Part shown: positions 1 through 12,368 of the stretch, piece by piece
How positions within the stretch are numbered: the stretch's first letter is position 1
Layout of the letters: the number at the start of each line of letters is the position of its first letter
NCBI RefSeq assembly: GCF_036321535.1
Contig: NC_087447.1
Location: 40,116,001 to 40,180,000 of the forward strand
Direction of reading: 5' to 3'
Source: Camelus dromedarius
Lineage: Eukaryota
DNA length: 64,000 nucleotides
Notes under the pieces: generated by a model
The model's database searches: none
Seen by the model: the letters and a program-made list of their open reading frames with translations, nothing else
Told to the model about the DNA's origin: nothing
Position numbers and translations under genes: made by a program

Positions 1-2980
1 TGGGGATTTGTGGATAGATCATCCGTGGTCTGCCTTCAAGGGTCTCTGTCCCACAGGGGAAAGAAGGTCTGCTCACAAGTATCTGCTTTATTAGGTAGAC
101 CACAAGGAGTGAGGCCAAGGTGGGGTGGAAGGGGAGGGAGATCTGACTTCCATGCACTAAAGACTCTGGGTCTTTATTTATGGGAGAGGCGGTGCTCCAG
201 CGGGTGGGACCTCTGGGAGCCAGAGCAGAGTGGGCAATCTGCATGGGAATGGAAAATAAGTCCACGCAGCTGGAGGGCAGGAGGGTACCGGAAGGAAACC
301 AGTGGGAAATGATTGCACTGACATCAAACCAAGAAGGGCCTTGAATGGCAAGGTGAAGGGTGGATTTCACTCCAGGAGCACCCAGGGAAGGACTGGAAGT
401 GGGGGCTGGCATCATCATCCACCTCCTGAAAGGTCACTCTGGTTGCAGAGTGGGAGGTGGATGGGAGGACCTATAAGGAGAAGAGAGAGAGATCACTTAG
501 GAGGCCGCTGTGATAGCCAGAGACCCAGTGACTAAGCATGTGTGGCAGTGGTGAAGTGGGAGAGGGGGTCGAGAGCGCCTGGCAGGGGCGCGGCTGCAGG
601 CAGAGGAGGTGAGCTGTGCCAGACCCAGGGCCCCCGTACCTTAGGGACCAGCCCAAACCTGCAAGGAACACCCCAGGTCTGCTTTCCTCCTTCCCCCTCC
701 TGGACGGTTTTGGCTTTGCCAGCAGTGCTGAGGGATGGAACAGGCTAAGGGCTCGGGCTGGCTCCCTGGGCTTCTGGAGGGGTGGACACATGGCTGACTG
801 AGGATCCTCAGTGGAGGGGTTGGGGGTGGTGGGCACCTGGAAGTGGAGACTTCGTGGGAAAAAAGCAGGTGCTTCCTTTCATCCCCACCAGGCCCAGGCA
901 AGAAGTCCCCCTCCTGTTGCCCCAAGGGTACAGCTGGGTCTCAGGTTCACTGCTGCCCCCAGAGGAAAATTTCTCCACTGAAGCTTCTACTTCCAGACAC
1001 TTCTTTTCATTCTCCTGAGGACTCCTGGCCACACGCACAGGTGAGCAGTGGTAGTTCTAGTGGTACTGGTACCAGTAACAGAAGTAATCTAAAGGCACTA
1101 ACTAAAGAAGCACTAGCTCATCACTCAGTGCCCACACACCTGTCGAGCAGCTTGCGCTCATCTTCTCTGACATCCCCATGACCTGAAAGGATGGTATGAT
1201 CACCTTCAGTGCACGCATGGGAGACCATGGAGTCGGAGAGTAGCTGAGCCAGGGCCATCCCGAGAGTGAGCTGGACCAGCCGCGGCTGGACACAGAACAC
1301 CACGTCTGTGACCAACCCCAGGTAAAGGACTGCGGTGTGCTCACCTGTGCTGTCTCCCCCAGGCCCAGCTGCTCTCCTAGACTTTGCCTGAAGTTATCTG
1401 TGCTCAGAGGGAGAATTCAGGACCACAGTTGGGCCGGTGGCTGCCAAGGGAGGAGGTGCGTGGGAGTAGGGGGTGAGGACAATCCAGCCCCTCCCAGGGC
1501 AGCTGCCCCAGCCCTCCTGGAGGGAGGGAGGTCTGCTCAGAGCTGAGCATCTCAGTCTCAACCCATTGCTCTGGCCAGATACCTGCTCCCTGGTGAAAGA
1601 TGAGACTCCAGAGGTGAGCCAGGCAGTGTCTGGGGAAACTCCGTCCTCACACACCACCCCCAGCAGCCAAGTCCTGAGGTCCCTCCCAGCCAGGCCCCTG
1701 ATGCAGTGTCAAGGTGAGGACCCTTGCCTCGGTTCTGCTGGTGAACTTGCTCCCGTTTTCTCCCCAAATCTGCAGACTCTCCACCAGAACCTAAGAAGAC
1801 AACAAAGCAATACGTTCTCCTGTGTCCTGTTATAAAACCCATTTTACAGATTAGGAACTTGAAGCTCAGAGGCATTCTCTCTTTTGTCTGAGGTCACACA
1901 GCTCCTACCTGCCAGAGACACTTTTGGCTCTAGATTTAGAAAAGCTCCCTCTGCTCTCTTGCCCACTGTTCTCTCTGAAGAAAAAAGTTTTAAAAAAGCA
2001 ACGGAACTAAGTTTATCAGGATCCAGTCAGGAAAATAGAACCCAAGCTGGGGAGTTCAACAGAGGAAAGTTCATATAGTAAACTAATAATGATGGTATTG
2101 GATGGGCTGAAAAGCCGAAGAGGGATTGTGAGACAACCCAGAGAAGAGCAGGAAGCCACTGCTAGGGGGACACAGGAAGAAGCTGGTGCTGAGTCCAGAG
2201 TCCAGGGCCATGTGGTAGGGGTGGGGACCACACAGAAGACGCAGCACTGCCTGGGCTGCAGAGAGACAGGAGGAATACCCTAGCTTCTCCCTTGATCCCA
2301 CCCTCTACTCTCCCACTAGTGTGTCCCAGTGGTCAATCGTAACAGGAAACCAGTCACAAAGGAGCTTGGGAAGTGGAGTTTGCAGGGGTTACACCTCTCT
2401 AATACAGAGCAGAGCAGGGGAAAGGCAAGGAGCATATCTGAGAGCAAACAGGCAAATGTCCAGGGTACTCAGCATAGTGCGGTGTACCCAGCCACAGATG
2501 GGCCCACACCCTGGCATGAGCCCTCCACTCCATCAGGACTGGAGGGCTGGGGCCATGAGGTGTCCTTCCGACGGCGTAGTGGGCCCCAAAGCAGCAAGGA
2601 AGCTGGCTTCTCTCCTTTTGTTTAGCTAACGGTGCCAGGTTGGGGGCCTTAGTCCCTGGACCTTGACTTTTCTTTCATCCTCCTTCCCCTGCACAGACAG
2701 GTACTGTGTCCAGCCAGCCCTGGGCCTCTGGCTTTGGACACACGTGCTCCCACATGCTGCCAGGAAAGGCTGTGTGCAGAATCTACCCCTAGGAGGCAAA
2801 ATGGTAGCAAAATCAAAATTCCTTTCTCCCAAACAATCAAAAGGCTCTGCAGAGGTAGCAACACACAGTGTCTTACTTCTCTTACAGGTTCTCCCTCCTG
2901 ATCTGTGAATCGACGCCGGCAAGCTCTTCCCAAGGCAGCTGCAGGTTCCCTAGTCTGAGGTCCAGACCAGAAGGCAGAAC

Positions 2981-3890
2981 CTTTATTTATTCTACAAATA
3001 TTTATTAAGGGTCCCCAGGGTGCCAAGCACTGCTCTATACATTGGAGTTATATGAGTGTTCAGAAGAAACAAAGACCCCTGCCCTTGAGGAGTTTACGTC
3101 CTAACAAGAAGGAAAACATAACAATACACATAGGTAATAAGCGACTTCCGTAAGATAGTTAGGAGATGATAAATGCTATGGAAAGACTGTCTGGTAGGGT
3201 TGGGGGGATCAGGAGAGCTGGGGGTACAGGCTGCAGTATTGAAGGCAGACCTCACCAGGAGGGAGACGTGGAAACAAGGACTTGAATAAAAGCAGGGCCA
3301 ACCACACGGATACTGGGGAAGGGTGTTCCTGGCAGAAGGGACCACCAGCGTGAAGGCTCTAAGGCAGAGGCCACAGCGTGTGAGAGGGAAAGTAGGGGAG
3401 CAGGTCAGAGCCACACAGGACCAGAGAGCCACCTGAGTCCTCTGTATGCCTTTGGCTTCTACTTGGAGTGAGCTGGGGGAGTTTTGAGCAGAGGAGAGAT
3501 CAGACTTCAGTTCTAACAGGACTACTCCAGCTGTCGTGTTGGAAATAGGTTGAGCGCAGTAAAATATAAACAGGCGACCTCAATAACGCAGGAAGAGACG
3601 GCGGGAGCTGGGGCCAGGGCGGCGGCATGGGGGTGGTAGACGTGCACAGATTCTGGCTGTACCTAGAACTCACGGATGGATTAGATGTAGGGCCAAGAAG
3701 AGCAGAGCTGAGAATGGCTCCAAGCCCTTGAGCGGAGCAGCAAGAAGGGCGGAACTGCCGTTTCCAGAGACTGCAAGGGCTGAGGGTGGAGTCTGTCTTG
3801 GGAGGATCGGGAGTCGGTGGTGGATTTTAAGCTGGAGACGCTCAGCAGACAGCTAAGTGGGGATGGCGAGCAGGCCGTGGACACAGAGCT
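2981..3890 (-). mobile_element. L2 LINE fragment (3' end), boundaries approximate
   Basis: tttattctacaaatatttatt...gtgccaagcactg...cccctgccctt resembles the reverse complement of the L2 3' end. Confidence 0.7.
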
Positions 3891-4749
3891 AGAGACGGCC
3901 CCTCTGCTGAGGCTCAGACACTCACGACACCAAAACTAAAGTCCCACTAGCAGGTGGCTCGAGCTGAAGCCGGGGTGTCCAAAGGGAGGCAAGTGGTTAC
4001 CTTCAAGAGAGCTGGGGGACTGGATAACTAGAGAAAAATAGATGTTGCCACCTTGTGTGAATTGAGGCCTGTTGACTTGCCAACCAGAAGATGTCCCATC
4101 AGGCACTAAGCCACCGCTGACCCAGCATGCCTCCCTTGGGGCATTTCCTGCTGTGCAAAACCAGGAAAGTGCCACTTGGAACTCAGCAAGAGCGCTTGCT
4201 GGTCTGAGTGCCATACTGGGCGTGCTCGCTGACTCTGCCTTCACAAAGCCTTCTGTCAGAGGCATTGTTAGCCGTCACTCACAGAAGGGGTTGACCATTG
4301 CCTCCACGTCCATACAAAGCGCTGGGATTGAAACTGGGTCTTCAGCCAAGTCCAGGGCCTTGCCCTGTGCCAAGGCTCTCCAGAGAGCAGCACCTGAGTC
4401 CTGGCCTGGGCCAGGTGACTGTTCCTTGACAGATGAAGTTGAGGCTCCAAGTCATCTCGAGCATCAGTGAGCTTTAATATCAGCACTGATCTCAAGGTTA
4501 CCATGAGGAAGTGATGAGATAACGAGGTACCACACAGGTGCTTGGCCCCAAGGAAACTCTGGCCCTGGGGCAGGAATAGCGGCAGTCACTTCTTTTTTTT
4601 TTTTTTTAAACTTATTTAAGGAATTAAAGAAAAAGCTCTGAAAGTGAATGAGTCACAGAAATAAAGCAGAACAGCCCACCCGTATCCTCTCCCTTTGACC
4701 CACTTACTCCACTCAATATTCAGGTTGCAGGGATTTTATTTCTTTGGCT

Positions 4750-5580
4750 GGATTATTATTTCTGTAGGATCAGTTCCTGGGGCGGTATTATTGGGCCAAG
4801 AGGTCAGAGCCCATTTATGGATCTTAATAATTGTTGCCATATTGCTTTGCAGAAAAGATGGCCCCTTTTAACTTTTCACTCGATACTAGGGATTCGGTTC
4901 ATTTTTTTCTCACAATCTACTTCAATATTTACTTATTCAGTGGGTACAGCACAATTAATTTACATTCCCCTGAAAGCCAAGTTAGAACATTTAAGGAAAT
5001 GCTTGCTTTTTTAGTGTTTTCTTTTAAAATTTGCTTGAGTGTGAACTGTCTATACATTGCCTTTTTCATTTTCTATTATCATTGGGTCTTTAGTCAAATA
5101 AATATTATCTGATCACCTACATGTTCAAGGTGCCTGGTAACACCTACTTTGCAAGAACTTCCTTTCTTTCTTATATTTTCCCTGTTCTCTGAGTCAGAAT
5201 TGAGCCCTCAATGGGATCCCCACTAACTCCTGTTTCTCTGCCCTCCTGTATCTTTTTGCCCATCCAAGTTACATAGGAACATTGCTTGGCTTGTTTGAGA
5301 ATCACATTTCCTTTCTACATTCACTTCTGGCTTACAGAAGGCAGCATATAATCCTGCAGGAACTTTCTAATGCCATAGCAAGGAACATCTTTGCTATCAC
5401 ATCAAATTCAGATTTTTTTCCTCAGTCTGATTGCCTATCGAATATTTTCACTTTTGTACATTACGTTTTAAAAATATATAGAAGTCAGATCTGTGTCATG
5501 TTTTTCCTATGTAATTTTTCCATCAGAGGTTTTAATTTTAGAAAGTTATCAGTCTGTCATCTAATCAATACTTAATTCTA
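4750..5580 (-). mobile_element. Old, degraded L1 (L1ME-like) fragments
   Basis: T-rich sequence with motifs such as ttgccatattgctttgcagaaa typical of antisense old L1; boundaries approximate. Confidence 0.45.
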
Positions 5581-5962
5581 TTTAATATTTAATTCTATTA
5601 TTTACATTTTTAAAGTCTGTCATCCAGTGTTTCTGGATTAAATAATATTCTATCAAACACTTACATACACTATAATATGCAAAACAAACTCCCCCAATCA
5701 AAAAACTCACTTCCAAGAGGTATGGGAAAGCCCACTTGAACGAAGTTACTTAAGCTTCTTTACTGCAGGACTCTTCAGACTCAAACATGCTAATGAATCT
5801 TACAGATCTCCAAGGTCTAGGAGGCCTGGCGTAAAACATTTCTCAAACTTTGTGACTGTTGAACCCTTTCTTCACAAAGCACCTCTGGGAGCTAGAATTC
5901 CACTGCCACACTTTAGAAAATGTTGCTTTAACCCAACTTCAAATCAAAAAATCAAAACCAAA

Positions 5963-6342
5963 AAATACCATATGATATCACTCATAAGTGGAATCTAAAA
6001 AAAAAAAAAGACAAACTTATATATAAAAACTTATATATGAACTTATATATAAAACAGAAACAGATTCACAGACATAGAATACAGACTTCTGGTTGCTAGC
6101 AGGGAGTGGGGTGGGAAGGGATAAACGGGGAGTTCAAGATTTGCAGATACTGATGGGTATACACAAAATAGATAAACAAGTTTATACTGTATAGCACAGG
6201 GAAATATATTCAGTTATCTTGTAGTAGCTTATGGTGAAAAAGAATATGAAAATGAATATATGTATATTTATGTAAGGCTGAAGCACTGCTCTATACACCA
6301 GAAATTGACACAACATTGTAAACAGATTATACCTCAAAAAAA
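5963..6342 (+). mobile_element. 5'-truncated young L1 3' end with poly(A) tail
   Basis: L1 3'-UTR motifs (atatcactcataagtggaatct; tatagcacagggaa), A tail, perfect 17-bp TSD aaaaaatcaaaaccaaa at 5946-5962 and 6343-6359. Confidence 0.9.
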
Positions 6343-7667
6343 AAAAAATCAAAACCAAATTATAAGCCCCATGAGAGTGAGGACTTTAGTCTGTTTCATT
6401 CCCTGCTATATTCCCAACATACAGTAGATGCTGAGTAAATATTAGTTGAGTAAACAAATGTGTACATGTACAAACAAACAAATATGTGCATGCACCACTA
6501 AACAAAACAAATCAAGTCTAGTACAACGACACTGAGATACCTACAATCCAAGATGCAGGGAGGGGCGGGGACTTTGTGTGGTTCACTGTTGCATCCCTAG
6601 GACCTAGGACATGCCTAGGGCATGGCATGCATTCAACAAACACTTGAATCAATGAATGAATAAAGGAATGAGTCACTTGCCCAACCCAGCTCTTGACTTC
6701 AGTCCCTAACACCCTTTCTCTCAGGGAAAGGAAAGAATATCTCACCTGGGTAAGAGTACAGGCCATTGGCCACCACCCTGGGCAGCTCAGAAGGCAGCTC
6801 CAGGCAGCAGCCGGGCTCAGAGGCCCAGGGCCTCAGAAGTGTGCCTCTGGAGGTGCAAGTTCACAGCTGAGTTTTCATGTCAGCTTCAGAAGCCCAGCCA
6901 CATCCAGCCTGGCAATGAGAAGCGTCCCACCCAAGGGAGGTTGAGGACCAGGTTTCTTTGACACTGTCAAGATTAGCTGAGTGAGACTCCAAATCCTTCC
7001 CCTTAAAGACAAGTGGAATTGGGCCAGAGCCTGCCATGGTGCTGTCCTCGGAGTGGCCCCGTGGGCAGAGCCTTGCAGCCTAAAGACACAATGACCTGAG
7101 TTTGGGGGGACAAGGCTGGTCTCTTAGCATCACAAATGGCTCTCCATCTGGATGAGCACACCTGCCATGTTCACTGCCATCCTGAAACCAATGACCCGTC
7201 CTTCCTCCTTACCTTTCACCCATCATTCAGCTGGACCAGCATAAAACATTCAAGAGCGACCTCTGTCACACAGGAATCTAAGTCAGCATGAGGCTCCTAA
7301 GTAAAGCTTTCCTGCAGGTCCATGGCTTAGATGTGTGCAGGAAGTGGGTGCATGCAGCTGTTAAGAGTCTGTTCCTGACAGCTGAGGTGACCCTGGCCCT
7401 CACCCAGCTATGCCCAGCACCTAGAGCAGAAAAGTACCATGAGTTTTCAAGGAAGAGCTCCCAAAGCCTGGCCCCGGAGCATTGGTGATATTTTCCAAAT
7501 ATTACCCCTGGGTAATATTTCCTCTTAGAGTACCCAGCGCAGCCCCAGAGAGTCCCATGTCACCACAAGTGCGCGTCCCACCAGTTTAGTGAAGGCTGGC
7601 CCCTGAAATCAACCCCTGTGTTTGGGGCTTAAGCAGCTTCCGTGGCAAAGAAGAGAGGAAACAATAA

Positions 7668-7885
7668 GCTTTATAAAGAACCATATTTATTTTCATTTAC
7701 AGCATCAAATACCATAAATAAAGCTAAACATTGTTTGCTGTGTGCAAAATACAGGGTTCCATGTGGCACTGTACTGGCTACCAGAGGTCACAAACATGCG
7801 TGGTGATGAGATGGGGGGGCTAGCTAAGGAGGAGGCCAGGGGAGGAGGGCATTCTTTGGTTGACATTCTATAAAGGGGGGAGGCT
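7668..7885 (-). other. MICAL2: MICAL2 terminal (3' UTR) exon; cleavage position approximate
   Basis: Strong acceptor ctcttgtcttctcttctcttgcag ending at 7886; contains AATAAA. Confidence 0.75.
7686..7691 (-). terminator. Polyadenylation signal AATAAA of MICAL2
   Basis: AATAAA on minus strand; upstream UGUA elements at 7698-7701 and 7750-7753; U/GU-rich tract downstream (about 7645-7670). Confidence 0.8.
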
Positions 7886-8946
7886 CTGCAAGAGAAGAGA
7901 AGACAAGAGCGATGATGCCGTCCTGGCTAGGCTCTGCACCGACACAGGGAGCAATGCGGCATGCAGGGCTGTGCAGACAGGCCACGGGCCAGCATGGCTC
8001 CGGGCCGCATGCAAGACACACACCATCTGCAGCCCGAGACTGCGAGGCCTGGCCTGCAGCAGCCCCACCGGACTTTCTTGGTGTGATGTGTCTCTTTAAA
8101 AGTGCTTTGAAGATCCAGCTGCTCCAGGTAAAGAGTCAGCAGGCAAATGTGTTCTGAGCAGAGCTGTGGGGGCATTGAAATGGGCCGCTCCAGGCCTGGG
8201 CCTGACCTGAGTCAGCTCTCAAAGGCATCCCTGGCCTGTGACGATGACTGTTCTAGTTGAAGCTTCTGAATCATCTGGGGCTTTAGGAGCCAAGAGAGAT
8301 CAGAAGAGCCACAGCAAAACCCTTGGAGGGAAAGTGTAGGCTGCAGGAGAGAAAAGGTTGGCTAGGAAAACTGTGATTATGTGTTCAAACACAGAGCATG
8401 GGTCAAGCTCATGAGGATGCCCAGGAGTATTTTAAAAAAAATTGTTCCCAAAGAGTCACCAATATGGTTTTGATCGATAACACCAATGATCTTTATGTTA
8501 GAACCCATTGAAGAAGATGCTCGTATGCGTGTACTTTTCCAGAGGCTGCAAGATGAAAGAGTTCTTTTCAAAGGTGAAGCGCCCTCTCTATGATACTGTC
8601 TCACAGGCAGAGTTAACCCTCCCAGGAAGGTAAGTAGCTTTATAAATGCAACGGAAAAACATGCACGCAGGCGGCGGGGCACACAGGGGAGGCGGGGCAT
8701 GCACTGGTGTGGACCGGGCAACCGGCTCAGAGGTACCAAATCAGAATCAGCTTTCGAGCTGAACACCCCCCACCCCCAATGCCGTTCACCAACCATGCCA
8801 CCGAATAAGTCCATCAGTATGCAAGACACTCACAGTTAGCACAACCAAGGCTGCGGCGGGAGGATGGAGTGCAGAAAGCGGGTTAGCAGTTAGCACCACT
8901 CTCTGGAAATTGGCAAGAAAATCAGTCACCTCAGAGCAGAAGTGTG

Positions 8947-8987
8947 TCAGCCAAGAAGTGGGTGTAGCACTGGAAGGCTGAAACGAA
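8947..8987 (-). CDS. MICAL2: MICAL2 last coding segment (VRFSLPVLHPLLG*) within a 58-nt exon at 8930-8987
   Basis: cag acceptor after a long AG-free tract; phase 1 matches the 11629 donor; TGA at 8947-8949; GAG|GTGACT donor 17 nt later. Confidence 0.9.
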
Positions 8988-11332
8988 CTGACGGCCACAG
9001 TGTAAGGTTGGAAAGAGAGAGACAGAAAAGAGAATTTAGTCGGGGGAACAAGGAAAACGACGGACAGCACGAGAAGGTACAGGAGTTGAAAACAAGGCAA
9101 CCGTTAAAAAAAGAGAAACTTCCCCGGACAAGATACCGCTTGGTTAGGACAGACGAACCTTCCTGGCAGTGCCCATCCCCTTGTCTGCAAGGGTGGACAG
9201 GTGCAGTTGACCAAGGCCAATTCTCCCTTGCCCCCCATATCCTCGCTGCCCCAATTTTTACTCTAGGGTCTCATATTCATTCTTGAATATGTTGTGGAGG
9301 CTTAGAGGCAGCCATCCCCAGGATCCACCTGGGTGTCCTGGCGCTGCCCCACCAGGAAGGTTCAAAGTCTCAGAACATATAAACATCTCAGGCTTCTGAC
9401 AGGCACACCCTGTCTCACCAGAGTAATTCAAACCAGTCTCCTTATGGCCAGAAGCGACATTCTCTGAGATTCCTACTCTGGCTTCATGGAGCATCCCACA
9501 AAGCATCTCATCCCGCCCTGAGCTGACAGTAATAACAATGACACAGTTGTGCTTGTGTTCACATGGTGACTTTCAAGAATCAAACATAAAATGAATCAAG
9601 GGCTCCTCCACCATGTAGAACATTAAAATACCAGCAAAATTTTGGAAAAACACAATGCAGGTCACAGGACTGAGAACAGTTCCAACAAGGACAGAGGCAC
9701 CAGTTCCCATGGACATGGCCACAGCCAAGCCCCTGATTTACCCAAGGACTTAGGGAAGTGTTTATAGAAATGCCTTCCCCCTTCTTCCCACCCTAGAGAA
9801 ACGTGGCATCACAAAGCCCTCTGGAGCTCTGGCTCCTAACCCACCAGGCTCCATCCTTATTTACTCCAGAGGATCTCTCTAGAGGAACAAGACATAGTGC
9901 CGTCTCTAGCCCAGCAACCCTAGCTACACTGAACACAACTGAAGGCCTTTCTCTGTCAGCCATCTCCCTTGTTCAGCTAGACGCAGCAGCAGTGCGTGTC
10001 CCAGCAGAGTGGAGTGGGGAGAGCTGTGGCCTCCTCCAGATGCCCAGGGTGAAGAATGCAGGTGGGCCCAAGGCCTGTTTTGCCCTTAATAGGGTATCTT
10101 TCTGTTGCATGAGTCAATAAAAGCTTCCACTCCCAGCCTCTCCTGCCAATCAAGACACGGGGGAGCTTCCCCCCGGAGGTCAGACACATTCCTCTGCTAG
10201 GACAGCGTGAAAATAAACGGTTTCTGACTGCTGGACCAAATATGTATGGCAGTGGAGCGGCTAAGAAGCCAGGGTGTCTGCAAGCCATGCTCACAGGGCA
10301 GGCCACGCTTCCCAGAAATAATACCCTGAGGTGGGAATAAACGCCCTCGCTCCTGAAAGACGTGATGTAAGAGGGCAGTGTCTTCCTTCAGCCTGACCAC
10401 TGTGGACCCTGAGTGGCCTTGGTTTGGCCTGCAGGGCCTCAGAGTGAGGGCTTAACATGCCACAGGCTGACGTAACTCCTCTATAGCATTGCATCAGTTT
10501 TGCGGAGCTCTGCATGGTCAGGAGCCAAAGGGCTTTCGTTGCAGTGCTCATTAGTGGGAAGGGAAAATGTATGTTTGCAGCAATCTGTTTGAAACCCTGT
10601 GGTTCTACGTCATTTGGCTGTGATTTGGTATGGAGGGGGGAGCCTGTAAGCTACTATTTTATATCAAAACAAGGGAGTAAAGGAGTCCTCCCCCCTCTGG
10701 AAGGACAGACGACAGGCAACTTACACGCTGCCACGTGCTTTTGTAGCTTTAATTCTCTTTTGTCCTTTCTATCCTTTTCTCCTCAATTATTATGCTTTCA
10801 TATTGCAAAAAAATTGCTCCTTGTTGACAAGTGGCACCTGGCCACATAAATCAAAAGGCACTGGTCAGGAGGTGGCACCTTTGCTTTGGTTTCTATAAAA
10901 GCCCAAATCTTTCACACTGCAGGCAGTGGCTTTTACAACTGACCGCAACGTGGAAGGGGTGTCTAATACCAGTTATAAACGTCAAACCCGTGTCTAGAAA
11001 AACTGACACCCATAGGGAAAAAATGCTCTCTCTTGGTGTATTAAAAGTTAAAAATTGAAATGTAAACCTAGAAATATGGCTCACTTTGGTACAAAAGTAC
11101 AAAGCTATTTAAAAAAAAAAACAAAAACCAAAAACACATCCTTCATGTCGTGCCAGCCCCAGCACCCCGAGCAGACGTTCACCACGGCCTGGCCAGGTGC
11201 GGGGGGCCGACGGGAAACTCTTTGGCCTCGAGCTAATTGGTTAAAGAGCGCGGGGCTCCCCGGCCAGCGCCTGCGCTGACTACACAGATCGCCATCTACG
11301 CGGGAAATGTTACGGCACTTGGCAGCTGAGCT

Positions 11333-11628
11333 TCAGTGCAGCTTGACCGGGAAGCATCTGAGCAGCCAGTTGCGGATGCTCTCGAGGGACTCCTCGGACT
11401 CCCGGTACATGGAAGCCAGGACCTCGGAGAACACCCAGAGAAGAGGCAGCCCGAGGCTCAGGAGCTCGTACGTGTAGCGGTAGTTGTAAGCATTGTCCCT
11501 GATATGCAGGCTGGCTGCGCGCAGGAGTCCCTGAATCCAGTTAAGCAGCCTCCGGGGAAGGTGGAACAGGCCCCACGGCAGCCTGAGAGGCCAGCTTAGC
11601 GCCTTCCTAAAGAAGGAATTGGTGATAC
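11333..11628 (-). CDS. MICAL2: Alternative MICAL2 C-terminus by read-through of the 11629 donor (98 aa, [15 protein letters not shown]...RCFPVKLH*)
   Basis: Open in frame to TGA at 11333; CpG-retaining, coding-like composition; resembles the tail I recall from mouse Mical2. Confidence 0.8.
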
Positions 11629-11731
11629 CTGGGGGGCTGCCTTCCGGTGTGCCGATGGCCACGGCGGCGCAAGAACTTTCCGCAGGAGGGTCTCGACGAG
11701 GGGCTTCTTGCTCTTTCCACACCCCGTCCTC
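11629..11731 (-). CDS. MICAL2: MICAL2 exon ([34 protein letters not shown]), 103 nt
   Basis: cag acceptor; CAG|GTATCA donor; phase 0 to 1. Confidence 0.92.
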
Positions 11732-12213
11732 CTGAGAAAGGGATCGGGGTGAGGGAATTTAGTCCATGATATTCTCACAGAGGGCTCCTCAACGAAGCAG
11801 AGGAAGAACGCCAATAAACAGAGAACTTGGCAGACTGCCACTTGCAACCAGCCCCTCTCTCCAGAATCTCAGCCCCTGTGCTCTGCTGAAGCAGGGCTGG
11901 ACACTGGCAGTGACCTTCCTGGGGAGCAAAGTGACCACAGGGCTCACAAGCCTTCAAAGCATACGTGCCCTTTGACTCAGCAACGCCATTTCTAATGATC
12001 AACCCTCGCAATTTCAAATAGGATAAAGATGTGGGTACAAAGACATTTACTGTAAAAATATTAAAAAATGTAAATGTCCAACAATATAGGATGCAAGTAA
12101 ATTATTAACCGTCTTTTACAGGCATCAAAAACTAGTCTCCAAAAGAATTTTTAATGTTATGGGAAACTGTTCTTAATATACTGTTAGTTTAAAAAAAAGT
12201 CTATAAAACTGTA

Positions 12214-12331
12214 GGGGGGAGGGTATAGCTTAAGTGGTAGAGCACGCGCTTAGCATACACAAGGTCCTGGGTTCAATCCCCAGTACCAACTCTAAAAATA
12301 AATAAATAAATAAACCTATTTAAAAAAAAAA
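12214..12331 (+). mobile_element. tRNA-Ala-derived SINE (camelid Vic-1-like)
   Basis: tRNA-like head with A box (TAGCTTAAGTGG) and B box (GGTTCAATCC), (AAAT)n/A tail, TSD aaaactgta at 12205-12213 and 12332-12340. Confidence 0.88.
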
Positions 12332-12368
12332 AAAACTGTAAAGATAGAATTCCAACTGGGTTAATATA

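Noticed and set aside
800..1350. Downstream MICALCL-type exons suggested by minus-strand ORFs
   Set aside because: No resemblance to the MICAL2 long-form sequence I recall; 1100-1310 looks like a diverged MIR
8377..8829. 150-aa minus-strand ORF and a plus-strand AG|GTAAGT near 8630
   Set aside because: Lies in the 3' UTR intron with a non-ATG start, no recognisable protein and no partner exon
12214..12290. tRNA-Ala gene (also at 50921-50996)
   Set aside because: Acceptor stem is imperfect and A-rich tails follow directly (with a clear TSD in the first copy), so these are SINEs
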